Assembly (NCBI GenBank): GCA_010093815.1
Contig: ML996579.1
DNA: 64,000 bases
Origin: Pseudovirgaria hyperparasitica
Lineage: Eukaryota
Reading direction: 5' to 3' (one strand)
Made by a program: the position numbers and the translations under genes. The notes beneath the pieces were generated by a model. It was not told the DNA's origin. It searched no databases and worked only from the letters and a program-made list of their open reading frames with translations. The number at the start of each line of letters is the position of its first letter. The first letter of the stretch is position 1. Shown here piece after piece: positions 25,601 to 38,437 of this stretch.

Positions 25601-27641
25601 TGCAAGTCACTCAAACGTCGAAGGTCTATCGTCGAAGGTTATCGTCAAAAGTCTTCCCTTTGAGGACACGTGTCGCGACCAAGGGGAAGCCTCATAGCCC
25701 CAGGAAGCCTCCAACATCTTTGGTGTCTAAGATTGTAATGTACATCGCTGATCGATCTGCGATATGATCCGATGCGTCGCAACGAGCAAAAGTCTCGTGG
25801 AATGGCTGAGTCCAATATCTAGCACTTCTTTCACCTCCGAAGGTTTCGTTGCGCAGCGATTGCGTGGCCTCCGCCGAAAGCCGAACAAAGCTCGAGGTTG
25901 CTGCTGTGGTCGCGAGGATGTGTGAGATACACTGACGCAAGGAAAACATTATTTCCAGCCCAATATTGACCGACATCTACACCTCTACAGTCTCAACCAC
26001 AATGGAGTCGTCTTTTGTGCATCATGAGTGCTGTTTGGTTGCTGAAAGAGGTGTGACGATTTCGCCCCGTCATAGGGACCCAAATAATCTCATACAGTAG
26101 TATACGGAAAACCCCGCACTACTCTTCCATGGCGAGTCGAAGCTCTAGTAAGACCGTTCTTGAGGTAATCCCTCTCCACAAAAGAGTGTGCTGGTTTGAC
26201 GTGGCGGCCAAAGGAGTTGGTCGGCCTCGTGGTCTTGACTTTGTGGACATGTCGACAGCTGAGTGTGTTCCTTCGGTTGTAGCGATAGTGTACCAGGATT
26301 CGGCATCCCATTAACTTTGCTGACATAGCCACTGTACTGGCCATATAGAGCATGCATCGACGAGAGCACATCCACACCATGTACAGGTGATCATATCTCC
26401 CATGATTGGTGAATCAGGAAGATGGCGGATGAGGACTTGGTGTCGGGGTCGGGATACGAGGGTAGGAAGACGACAGGGTGATAAACCGCCCCAACAGCGA
26501 ACAGTACAGTATATTGAAGTGATAGGGAGGTCTAGGAGGGACTGGATCGGAGTTAGGAGTGAGAAGTGGATTGATGGCTGACGGCTTAGAGTGTTGTGGC
26601 TCAGGTGGCTCGATGCATCTTTTCCAAGAGAGGTCGATCGGGCTGTCGGCATTGACGCTAGTGGCTCTGGATTGTGAAACGTCATCGTCCAGCAGTTAAG
26701 AGGTATGTCGCTGCAAGCTGGAGGGAGTCCAGATCTAATGCTCGCCAAACTGTAGACCAGGTCTTAGGAGACGCCGAGGGTACGTCGAGTGTTAAGAGGC
26801 GTCGCGATGCTGATTCGAAGGACTCGAACGAGCTCAGTGAGTGCCTCTCACAACTGCTCTCGCAGCAGCAGTCCCATGCCAAGCTGCAGTAGAAAAGAGT
26901 ATGGATGGTGACTGAAGAGTGTGCGCGAAAGAATAAGGAATATGAGCCCGGGACGAAACGCGTTGAGAGAGGCGTGCAGACAGCAGGCTAATGAGGAGAG
27001 AGGGAGAGAGAAGAAAGGAGATACAGGAGTAAGGCGTCGCATGCATGCTTAATGCGTACGTAGAGTTTTTGATAGAAAAAGAAACAGGAGAGCCAAGATA
27101 TCAATGAGATAGAAAGAGGAAGAGAGAGAGAGAGGGCGCATGCGCGCGTTGTACAGCAAACTTTGAAAGAGCGTTGTGAACTGACGTGACGTGACAGGGC
27201 GGCGGCGACAAGAACGAGGGGGGGCAGCAACAGCAGCAGCCTGGGGCAACGCTCAGAACTTCATGCTGCAGCCAAGACCGGCTCAAAGTCGGGCCCTGGG
27301 CACACGGCACACCAACAGCCAATCAATAGCGAGTGCTGGAGCCCGCAGGTCACATGATCAACAAGCGATGCACCGGTCCGTCCCACGCACATAGCGTTGT
27401 TTAGACCTCACCTAAACACTCCGCCACACTTGAAACTGCTGAAACCTCTTATCAACCAACCTACCCTGTTCATAATAATAAAACAGCCAACTATGATCAG
27501 CTGCTTATCGTGTGGAGACTGGGGATTGAGGAGCCGATGCAAGTGACCTGCTCCTGTGCCCCCCTCTCCCCGCTGCCCTACCTTATTACTACTACGACAA
27601 TTACCTGTGCGCGCAGATCTTCTGTGCAAGGGGTTCGTTCT

Positions 27642-27681
27642 TTCATTCATTCATTCATTCATTCATTCATCCATTCATTCA
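27642..27681. repeat. (TTCA)n microsatellite
   Basis: About 10 near-perfect TTCA units. Confidence 0.9.
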
Positions 27682-27909
27682 CAGTCCCAAGAGACCTCAG
27701 CTGGCAGAGCATGAAGAGCACGAAGAATGTAGCCGTGAGGCGCATGTGAGGAAACACTCGCCCGCTTTCGCGGAGAGTGACATGTGAAAGCGAAAAAAGG
27801 GCTTACGCCCACTATAATACCATACAGGAGAATAATAACACCAATAGGCGGCACCAGCTCTACCTACTTAATGGATACAAATCGCTCAGCACTGCTTGAT
27901 TGACACCTG

Positions 27910-29286
27910 TCAATAGTAACGCCACATCTGTCGTTGCAGTATGGCTTGCTGGCAGTCTCCAATATCTGTGTTTGTTTGTCGCGCTACCAGGGGGTAATTG
28001 TTCGGATTCTCGTATGCCGTCACCGTTTGTGGGACGGTGCACTGGATTGAATCCAATGTGTTGTGATACTGTTGTGTAGCAGGCTGTTGTGGCGAGGTCC
28101 ACGTATTGCTTGCGTAGATGTTGTCGTCCCTCCTCTCGTCAGACCTGGCGCGTTTCGTCTCTTGCCGTGCTCGGCGGGGCTTCTCGTCGTCGCCATCGTC
28201 ACGCTCTCTCTTGCGTCTAGACATTGTTAGTCTTATGTCGTCATATGCCATACAAGACTCTTTGACTCACGAAGTTGATCCTCTGGTCTCCTTTCGGAGC
28301 CTCAGCTTGACACCCTGGTCTGCAAATGTGCGAGACATGGCCGTCGATTCTTCAAGGCCGGAGTAATCTTTGCTCGCAACGACTGTCCCGAGTAAGCTAA
28401 TATGTCTTGCATCTTCTGTGTACAGGTAGCATACCCTTGAATGTATTGGAAACGACGTTCTTGACGAAGATGGTGGTGCCTTCGTGTCTGCCTAAGAATT
28501 AGCTACTAGTTTCTCGATGTCTAGTGTGATGACTTACGGCTTTGTCTCAAAAACGCTGAATAGCAGACGAAATCTTCCTTGTTTCCTGACAGACATGTCT
28601 GCAAAAACGAAGAATGCACTCTCTATCAAAGGTGGACAAGTCAGCTCAGACACACAGAGCTTTGCACACGTCCAAAGGCCACTGACCGTTGTCTCTGTTG
28701 TCTTTGAGGCGATTTATAGATGAAACGATGGTCCCCAGTAAGACAGTCACCCCTTTGCTATCCGTGACTGGGTTGAGTGAATGCTCTTCGACCAAGGTTG
28801 CCAGGCAATAAAGGTAGGGGCTATGAGTGTAGATCCTGAACAGTGTTAGATTAAAGTATGTGACAGAGTTGACATAACATACTGTTGAGGATCCTTGTCC
28901 GTCGGAAGAACCATTTGTACTACTGGCGGGGGATCGATCGGTTTGCGCACTGTGGAGGGAGCAGTTAGCCGGAGTACGTAAAGGGGGAACATAGGTGACC
29001 TACTCTTTTCTTTACCTAGCTGGGTTACCAGAGCTTCCCTGGGCTGTTGCACGACGGTGAGTTGGATGGAACTGTTATATTTTACCAGGTCAGTGGGAGA
29101 ACTCGGCTGGTGATGTTGTGTCTGTGAAGAATCTTGTGGTGTATACCTCTCCAGTTGGTCCATAGGCGGATTTTGAATCGTTATCGTGTCTGCCGAGTAG
29201 AGATAAGAGGGCGCGGATGGGTCACTAGGATGCGGAGGATGGATGATGGTATAAGGGGGATACTGATGCTGTGGCGGAGGATCCAT
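27910..29286 (-). CDS. Velvet-domain transcription factor, VosA-like, 6 exons
   Basis: Spliced reading: [148 protein letters not shown]. Five GT-AG introns of about 50 nt keep the frame. Confidence 0.9.
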
Positions 29287-30434
29287 ATTGAGAGGTAGAA
29301 AATAGTGGGTAGTTATGTGATTAGAGAGATGAGACGTGTTGCTGGCTGGCGATGCCTGTTCCTTGCGATCAAGGTGTAGGAGTGTCAATATTATCAAAAG
29401 GCTACGAAGAGTTACACGGTCGAAAGTCGCAAGAGCGGGTACAGCGTCCTTTATGCTGTAATCTGACAGGAAGATCCAGAGCCACCAAACTCGCTTTCCA
29501 GTCGTCCAGTCCAGTTGTCCGGGCGTCCAGTTACGTGTCTAGCAGTCCGCGTCCTTGCTGAAATGCGATACTATCGCGTAAAATCGTGACGCATTCGCTA
29601 AGTCCCAAGTTATCAACGCCGATGCGGTGCGGTACGGTGCGGTGCGGAAGCGGTTCCACCTGCCCCTCCACTGTTTGGCACCAGCAGCGCTGCTGCCCGT
29701 GATGTGTTTGTTGGAAGAGACTGTAGAAGTCTACCACGGAGATGTACTTCCAAGCTTGCCCCTCCTCTTTGAACGAAGGTGGTTCAAAACTGCTGTGTCA
29801 TCCACAGCAGGTACATGAGTAGGAGGCTCAGGGTTCACGCCCTGGGCGTTGGCATTCTACACAAGCGGACTGTCGCGGAAGTGCGCCACCCAAATGGAGT
29901 GAATCGAGCTCGATACTCTTCTCGTAATGTGTTTGGAGCTGGTAGTGAATCTGAATAGAATGTTTGAACGGGAATGATATTACTGCGATCGTCGCAAGGT
30001 TTGAAAATGGTCAAAGGCCGTTAGACGAGTGAAACAGCGTGTTAGATGCTGAATCAGCGCTCGAGAGCTCAACGAGTCGCTGTCAGGCTCGAGCTGATTG
30101 CTATGCAGAAGTTGACACTGCACAGATGGAGCAGAGCAGAGCAGGCGCGAGAGGTGAAAATGGCAACGGCAAGAAGCTCAGAGGTCTAAAGAGCAGCCTC
30201 GAGCTTTGAGAAGTAATAGCAATGTACCCCACTAGTGAATAGGTTTTGGAGCTGACTCGACTTGGCAGCGATCCTCGCAGTAGCCAGACGTGTGGCTTGA
30301 GCACAAAGGAGAAGCCTGGATTGGATGAGTGAAGGTTCGGAAGCCGGCTAACGGTGAGGAACACGGGGCACTGTAGGAGAAGGCAGATGGTGTCGTCAGG
30401 CACTCAGGTCGAGAATGATGTAGGGCGGGAGTCT

Positions 30435-30533
30435 GTGTGTGTGTGCTTGTCTCTGTGCGTGTGCGTGTGGGTGTGTCTGTGTGTGTGCTTGTTTGCGTGT
30501 GTGTGTGTGTGTGTGTGTGGGTGTGTGTGTGTG
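30435..30533. repeat. Degenerate (GT)n microsatellite
   Basis: About 100 bp of interrupted GT repeats. Confidence 0.9.
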
Positions 30534-33500
30534 CTCAAAGGGCGGCTAAGGTAGTGCCCCAAAAAGTGAGAGTCGCTGAAAAATGCTGCCCAGCGAAGGA
30601 GAAGTTTGGGTCGAAGTGAACCCTGGCACCCACGAATGTATAAGGAATACGAAAGCCACTCAGCTCTGTGTCTTTCGATTAAAGCTCCGGAGCGATCTGG
30701 GAAGAGCCAGAATTGATGATGAGTAGAGGTGATCGTTAAGACCCACAGCGGCACTGCAGTCAGATGAGCGTCTGGAAGGATGTCAACATTGAAGTGAACG
30801 AGCCGACCGGGAAAGGGACCGGGCGGAGCAGAGTGGAGTATACGGGCAATATCCGGTAAGAGCAAGTTCGCTATCGTAATGGCATCTGTTATAGCAGGAG
30901 TGTTTGCAGATAATAATGACCGAGACTGTTGTTAATTGAAGCTGTTACAGCGAGTACTGCTTTTTTCTGCCCCTTGAGAAGTGAACAGGGTGCAGTAAGT
31001 CAGTGCCGGCCCAGTGTTTGGGCAGCGTAGTAGGCTCACAGTGCCAGAATTGGCCAGTGGCAGCGGAGAATTTGGCCTCTGCAGCACCAACCAGCGTTCG
31101 CAGCAGACTCTGCTCTAAACACTCTCCACCAAATCTGCCAAATCTGCCAAATCGCGAGGCCTGTCTTCTTCAACTGCCCGTCGTACTATTTGTTGGTAGA
31201 TCCGGTTCGCTACCAGACTTTGAGCCACCGGCTGTCACGATTCACCACCCCTCTTCGCCCTATGGTCGGGCCTGTCAAATGAAAGCACACCTACTATCTG
31301 ACTATCACCTGTCAAACTACCCCCGAAGCAGTCGAGTAATCAGCGCTCTAATATCCCCTCTCTTCTCTCGTTCTTGCTGAGTGCTACTGCGATGCTTGGT
31401 CGATGCGCGCACTGGAAGACGGATGAATGCTATGATGTGTACCTCTCAATCACCCTTTGCAGCGACTGAATCGACTGCGCAATTGTCTTGTCTTGCTCCT
31501 GAAGATCTGCAATGAATATAAGCGCACGTCGTTGTATCCCGACCGAGCGGCGACGCGAATTCGAAATCGCCCTCTCAGCACGCTTGAAAGTAGACGAGCG
31601 CGGAGCAATAATGGAGGCAAAGATGGCCGTCAGTGTAGTAGAACTGGCTAGTCTAGCAGACTCGATTATCTCCGATATCAATAATCATTCAAAAGGAAAA
31701 GGCTAATGGATGGAATCGGAACATACGCCGGCAGCCAACGTCCGATGAGAGGATAAGAAATCTACGACAACGACCGCCTGGCTAGTGAAGTGCTGAGAAG
31801 GGAGATAGTAGAAGAGGAAGAAGACGAAGACGAAGGCGAAGCACAACCCTGCCGCACTTGAAAGCACGAGGGGTTCCCTGACAGGAAGAGGGTTAATCAG
31901 TCTTATTACGAGTGTGTGTGTGAGTGCCATGTGCAGCGATATACTGCAGCATGGATGGATGCTTGCACAAGCGTTTCTGCTCCTGGTCTTGCTCCCTCTC
32001 CCTCCTCGTCCTCCCTCTCCAACGTCCTCCCCTCACCTTTGAAACCTAAACGTTAGTATGGCGGCATGGCCGTAGGTGGATGCGCTGCGCCCAGTCACAG
32101 TACGATGAGCGTGAAGAGGCTAGCAGTAGTAACAGCAAGCAATAGACTCCACCGCGAACTGATATGCAGCACTACTTCTGACTACTGCTGCCAGCCCTGC
32201 ACGCTTCAGCACCAATCCGGCAGGGATCGCCGCCACTTTAACCTTAACTATGTACAGACGCCCCCCGAGGTTTGTGCCTCTTCAGATGCTTCATTTATCC
32301 ATCCTTCTTCCATCTTGTATAATATCGAGAGCTTTCAGTCCGCGCTCGCCTCAGCTCTCTGTCATATCCGCCCTTGTCAGAACATGATTGAGAGACGTCG
32401 CTATTGCCGACTGTTTTGCGGCCGTAAAGTCCGGCGGGCCACACAGACTCGCCTAGAATTGATCCGTGCTCGTGGCTGGCACTTATCGATTGAGCTTCAC
32501 CACCACCACCACCATCACCAGCCTCCACTCCTTTTGGTCCGCAAGTCCCGGGGCACTTAGGCCATAATTGCCCAGATACATTGAAAGCGACATCAAGTTT
32601 ATTGACCGACAATGCTCGATTCTATTCTCAACAATATCCAGAAAGGCGCCATGACGATGCCCACCTTGCCTGCAATGTCAGCCATTGAGCATATCCCAGG
32701 GCATTCGGCCAGGTTGAGAGCGAGTCAAGCTTAATTGCTCTATCACGGGAGATGGCCATGATGTTCCACAAACGGCTAGCCACATATTCATGTGTTCACA
32801 GCGTGCGCTGTGTTCCACAGACATGCGTCACGAGGGGCAATTCTCCGAGTCGTCAACATCTTCTGCTCTGTCCTCATCAAAGTGCGTGCGGCATCAACGT
32901 CTATGAATTCAGTCAGAGTCTCTGGCTTGTCTGGGTGATTCCATGTGGATGTGCAACTTTCGATTGCGAATCTCTCGCAGTTCATTGGGTACAGGACTCG
33001 ACCCAAAACGTATGACGCCACCACCATTACGACAGCCTTGCAACCACTACGTTAAGACACATCATTCCAACATGGAAAATATCATGCCGCCTTCGACAGA
33101 GTAATTGGCGTGGTGTACTTACTACAGCATAAGCCCAAGAGGTCCGGCTTTGCAGGTATTACCCATGGTCAACCATCGTAAGACCCTACGAGGATCAACC
33201 CACTCGAAAGATAAACGGATACTTGTAACATTAGAATGTCGCTTTTCGTGAGGACTGCCTCCAGATAGGGACCTGCCTAGCCTAGCCAGGCACAGGATGT
33301 ACTCGCATACAAGTCCAAATCTCGACAGGAGGAACAGCAGCTGATCTGTCCGTTACCAATTCGAGCCGATGCACATGGAATGATGAATGTATCCGAGCGC
33401 TACCAGGATCAGCTGCAGCAGTTCGCCCCTCAGTTTCCTCTGCAAGAATGCAGAATCCTGCAGCCATAAAAACTTCCACCCTCTTTTGGCAGCTTCGTCC

Positions 33501-36500
33501 CTGCGCCTCAATGGATCTACGCTGAGCCCCACTTCTTCGTTTCAACGTTCAAACACAGCAGCTAAACGTGGCTGTTCCTTTCTTGCACCAGCCACTCATC
33601 TATTCCACTCGCTGCATTCTCACGACCATCAAAGCATCAAAACTGGTCCAGTATGTACCTAAATTACTTACGACGCGTCGTCAGCCATGTGGTAGCCTTG
33701 CTCTGGTAACACCTGAATTCTGTACTGTGGCAGCATGTGAATCGGCTGCATACGTCGTCCAAGGCCCTCACGAATCATAGTATCTCTAAAGCTCTAGATG
33801 TCCCGTGCCTTCGAGACTCTGCTTCCAGGTACTGCGGTATAACCTCGTCTCTGTCCGACTGTTACGCCTCTTTGATTCAGCACCTCATACAACCGCAGTC
33901 TTGGCTCTCTTGCATCGTTCAACATTTGCAATAGAATTCGAAAACCACGATATAATTGCTACCTCATGTAGAACGCACACATATTTTAGTGTTGCTCATC
34001 CCCAATCTAGGCTAGCGCTCTGAACCCTTCAGCTTCCTCTAACCGGCGACTTCAGGCTGGCCTTGGCCTTAGTGAAAAACGTGCTGCGTCCAGTCTAGGA
34101 CAGGATACCTCCCGGCAACCCGCGGCTTCTAGAGAGACTGTCCTGGCCAGCAATAATGGCTCAGCCTCCTTAGTACGGGTCGAAAAAGTGCTGTGGCTAT
34201 CGGATTGAAAATTAAATGTTGATGCGTATTTGCTTGTGTTTGCTTGAAGTCTCCGGTCTCAGCTGCACAATGAGATTTTGTTGTGACAGACGCCATCGCC
34301 ACTTTTCTGTTGATCTTTCGAAGCTGGATACTACGAAGGCCGATTCAGTCGAATATCCATGGCTCGCCTCACTGCTAATTCGTCTCCACTTGCATAGCTT
34401 GGGAATACGAAAAATGCTCAACGCCTTATGACATAGCGCATGGAGCGACGTACCTGGACACATACTACACTAACTTCATAGGCGGACGTACTGCGTTTTC
34501 TGTCTACCTACATGAATGACCACTCAAATACCACACTGGTGCATCTGGAGAGTTCGATTGCTGTCGGAGCGGCACTCTTCGGGTCTCCGTCGCCGCTTTT
34601 TTTTTCAAATTCGCGTGTCAAAGGAGGTCAGCGCAAAGGTTGCCCAGCCAGTATTGCTCTTCACGAATGAGATTTCCCTGTAAACGAATATTCCTAACTT
34701 GCCCGGTCCCGCGCATCTGCGCAACCGTGTTGTGGGCACGTGTGGGTATTGAAAAAATTTAATAACAGCCATAGGGGGGTGCTGGAGTGTGCTGGAGTGT
34801 GCTGGTGATATAGGGGCGCTAGAGTACCAAGTCACAGACTCATATGTTGATATCAACAGACCGGGATCAGACCTCACATATCAAGCGTTGCACGACGGCG
34901 TTCCTCGAGACTATGCATATCGCGCTATTGGTTTGCATGCGAAGCTGCCGTTGGCTTGGCTAGAGCTCTGTAGCTTTCGGCATGTTCTGGCTCATCTTTT
35001 GAAGTTCTGCCGCTAGAGTTCGTGATAGCTTTGAGAGCTTCGAAACACTGGAAGACCGCAGGGCGCACAGTCACCGCGATCGCTCCAAAACCACACAGGA
35101 TATTCTTCAACGTCCAATATGACTCGCTGCAGCTTAAAGATTTACAATACTAGTGTAAAAAATGTCGCGCACGTTCCACTTCAGAGAAAGAATTCATCGT
35201 CTTCCCAGGCGTCTGAGCGCCCGACCAGCACTTTTATTGCTCAAACCCATCTAGAGCCAACCGATCTAGCTTATGAGCATTATCGTCGCCGTCGTACTGT
35301 GCGGGTGGACCTGCTCTCTCTCTTTCGCCCCACTCACACTCCACCATGATGCAACCATTTTGAGCCACGCTAGTCTTATACGCACTCTTAAATCGATTAT
35401 CTACTCCAAATCCAGCCTCGTGATGTCCTGGACCCACATTATGCATCCGAAAGAAACTGAAGTGGTGAGTTGGTCAGCTCGATCGTGAAGGGAAAATATG
35501 CATTCGGCAGGCAAGCGCGGATGTCGTGTGGAACTTGGCTCAGTCATCTATATCCATGAACGTGAGTGAGCCTGTGACACACTCATGCGATTTTGCACTG
35601 TGGACCTAAATGCCATACCAGACTGCGCGCTGTAATGCGATAGTCTCAACGTCGACACCGATGAGTCCTCGATTCCACTCCGCACCTAAACAAACAAACA
35701 CCTCACCGCACACCGATCAGCTAGCTCACTGGCCCACTCGAGATCCTTAGCCTTGATTCACCGTTGGGCAGCATTGGAATGAGCTAGCGCATCACAACAA
35801 TGAATCATCTGTCAGCGAATATTTTGATACATGTGGGAATTGGCTGGTCAGAAGTGAGGAGAAAATATGCCTGACTGTGCGGACGCGGCCGGGATATGAT
35901 CTGACCCATCTAGGAAAACTGGCTTGTGCACAATACGACTGACCCAGGCAAGACTTCCTTTGACGCTTGAACTATGTAGTACGCGCGTGTGTGGTGTTTC
36001 TGTGAGTCCGAGGCTGGTCGTATTGCTATCGCAGTCGAACACGCTCGTAATCACACATTGTCATGGTTCGTCACTGAATGACCAGCTCAAACAGTCGGAT
36101 TCGTAAATGTACCACAACAAGGAATTCTAATATCTCATCATCGTCATCTCTTCTCCGCTTCATAGTGTTATCGAAGCGTGCTCGACTAGATAACACTTTG
36201 CTGTGCTGAACGAAGCCCTTCCTCCATCTCTCCCGCCCTCTCTTACCTACTAACTATGAACTCACTCCACGCACCACGTCATCCACCACTCTCTCTACAA
36301 CCATCACACATCTGGCATGACCAGCCATCTGCATCCATGCTTTCGAAGTACTGTTATCATTCCCGTCATACATACGACGCATACCAAGTTCGTCGCTAAG
36401 TTTCACACCAATGCTCAGAATGCATAAGAAAAAAGATAATTACAATGAGAGGCATGTACGGCATATACCAACAATCCCGCACAGTGAACCTGTTTTCCCA

Positions 36501-37099
36501 TTTTTGTTGGGTCCTTTCAATCCGTACACTGGGCGGATTCTGATATTTTGTTCCTTTTGCACCAAATACCCACCCATGACCACGCCCTGACTGGCTCTAA
36601 ATCTATAGTTAGGCGGGTGGCGGAATGAGAATGCGCAAAGAAGAAAAAAAAGGTAGTTGGGAATCGTAATGGGTCGTAGCATTATCGTACGCCTTAGGTA
36701 AGCGCTGTCATAGCTGCCCTTGGCAGTATAGGGTAAGAGCTGGACTTTGTGAACAGTCTTGTAGATGTTTGGGCTGAGCGCGCTAATGAAAACACCGGTC
36801 TGAAGAGAGAGAGTGAAAGAAATCTCATACACTGCTTGTTAAGCGACTTGCCGTTCGTACTTGATACTTGGTACTTATTCAACGACAAGTCGCATATCAG
36901 AACTCTGACGTCGCACGTCCGCACCAACCTGCACCAATTTTGCTTTTCCATCGGCGCCGGGTTTGCTTGTATGCTCCCGGATCCTTCGTCTAGTGAGTAA
37001 TTAGTGGCTTGTGGACTGCTATATGCATGTTTGTATATGGAGGAGATATGGAGGAGAAATTGGCAAATTGGGTTAGTTGTTTGATCTGGGGGGTTTGGG

Positions 37100-37103
<4 letters not shown>

Positions 37104-37196
<93 letters not shown>

Positions 37197-37206
37197 NNNN
37201 NNNNNN

Positions 37207-37299
<93 letters not shown>
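37104..37299. repeat. Long (GT)n microsatellite spanning a 10-N assembly gap
   Basis: Pure GT repeat on both sides of Ns at 37197-37206; true length unknown. Confidence 0.97.
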
Positions 37300-37301
<2 letters not shown>

Positions 37302-37437
37302 TTCCCGTAGATTTTTTTGTTGAAAGAGAGAGATAGATGGAGAGGTAGTAATTTACGTGTGTGGTTAACGTGTGTATTAGTGATAGATTAGTGCGCAGCA
37401 GAACGATACATACGTATGCATGAAAGGTTTGAATACG

Positions 37438-37536
37438 TGACGTCACGCGTGACTGGCCGGGCTCACGGCTTGCTCTACTCGTGTACACACGCGTGGGAAG
37501 AAAATACTTAGTCCACTCCTGATCAGGCTATATAAA
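37438..37536 (+). promoter_or_regulatory. Promoter-like block: CRE (TGACGTCA), two MCB boxes (ACGCGT), TATATAAA
   Basis: TGACGTCA 37438-37445 overlaps the palindrome GTCACGCGTGAC 37442-37453; second ACGCGT 37489-37494; TATATAAA at 37529. Confidence 0.45.
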
Positions 37537-38152
37537 CATTACTCACGAGTCCTACGTCTTGCCCTAGAGTCTCAAAAACAGAGACATGTAAATACACTTT
37601 CCCTCCTAAGGCCTAATCATCTACCATCATCAGCATAAACACGAGGTGTGAAAGAAAACACTGCTGTCCATGTCACGCACTCCCTGCTTATCTTATCCTA
37701 GCTTACCTTCCCAGCCGAGATTTGCACGACATGCATACCCGTCATTCTATCTGCACATATATATATATAGCCATATCTACCCACCCCCTCTCCCTCCTTG
37801 CCCGTCCCACACTCCTCTCATCCATCAGCACATCACGAAGCGAGGGTCTCATCATGTGTGTGCGTCCGATACCCACGACATTGAATCGCACATCACTGCG
37901 TAGATATCGTATCACATGGATGTATCACCGCCATCTACCAAACATGTGGTGCTGGGCTGCAAGTGGTTCTGGATCGTAGTATGGCGGACAGAAAGATCAA
38001 GATATCCACCATGTGGTCGTGCTGGGGAGGAAATGGTGATGGGGATCGTCGGCGGAGCGTGGTGGTGGCGTAGGTATGTGTGATGGGGTTGATGGGGAAT
38101 GGTGTTGTGGGATCATGGTGGAGGGTGACGGTGTAAATGATGATGGGTTATA

Positions 38153-38375
38153 GAGTGTTTGTGCTGCTGAGGGTTTGAGGAGTATTTAGGAAAGACATGG
38201 CTTACCCGGCATCTACGCTCATCGACTAGGTGTATATGTTCAACCGCACCTACCCATCTCCACATCTCCGTTCTCTTTTCTGTAACCTATAGACCATCAT
38301 AGAAACACATCCACCACATTCCAAAAGACACCATGCGCTCTCACCACCGCTTCAGAATACAGCCGTATCCATGCC
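38153..38375 (+). repeat. Copy A of a diverged ~220-bp direct repeat (promoter module plus start of a short ORF)
   Basis: Shares gagtgtttgtgct-ctgagggtt, atggcttaccc-gcatctac-ct-atcga, caaccgc, ttccaaaaga--ccatgcgct-tcaccaccgcttc and ccgta-ccatgcc with 43518-43735. Confidence 0.9.
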
Positions 38376-38437
38376 CTTATTGGAATATTGAGGTTGTAGG
38401 AGACTCACTTGTTGTATTAGAACCCCCTTTTGACTAG
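38333..38437 (+). CDS. Putative 34-aa micro-protein MRSHHRFRIQPYPCPYWNIEVVGDSLVVLEPPFD
   Basis: First ATG after the TATA-like element, in ACC-ATG context; N-terminal 14 aa paralogous to the ORF at 43693. Confidence 0.35.
   Translation: MRSHHRFRIQPYPCPYWNIEVVGDSLVVLEPPFD

Noticed and set aside
30354..30865. Cys/Val-rich and His/Thr-rich ORFs
   Set aside because: Derived from a degenerate GT repeat; no protein-like features.
31430..31706. Overlapping 64-83 aa ORFs on both strands upstream of the velvet gene
   Set aside because: No family motif and no way to choose a frame; they could be uORFs or noise.
36164..36197. 9-bp inverted repeat AGTGTTATC..GATAACACT containing GATA cores
   Set aside because: Short and isolated, with no associated gene; compatible with chance.
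36694..37488. 264-aa ORF with poly-(TH) and the overlapping poly-(CV) ORFs
   Set aside because: Artefacts of the (GT)n microsatellite, which also spans an assembly gap.
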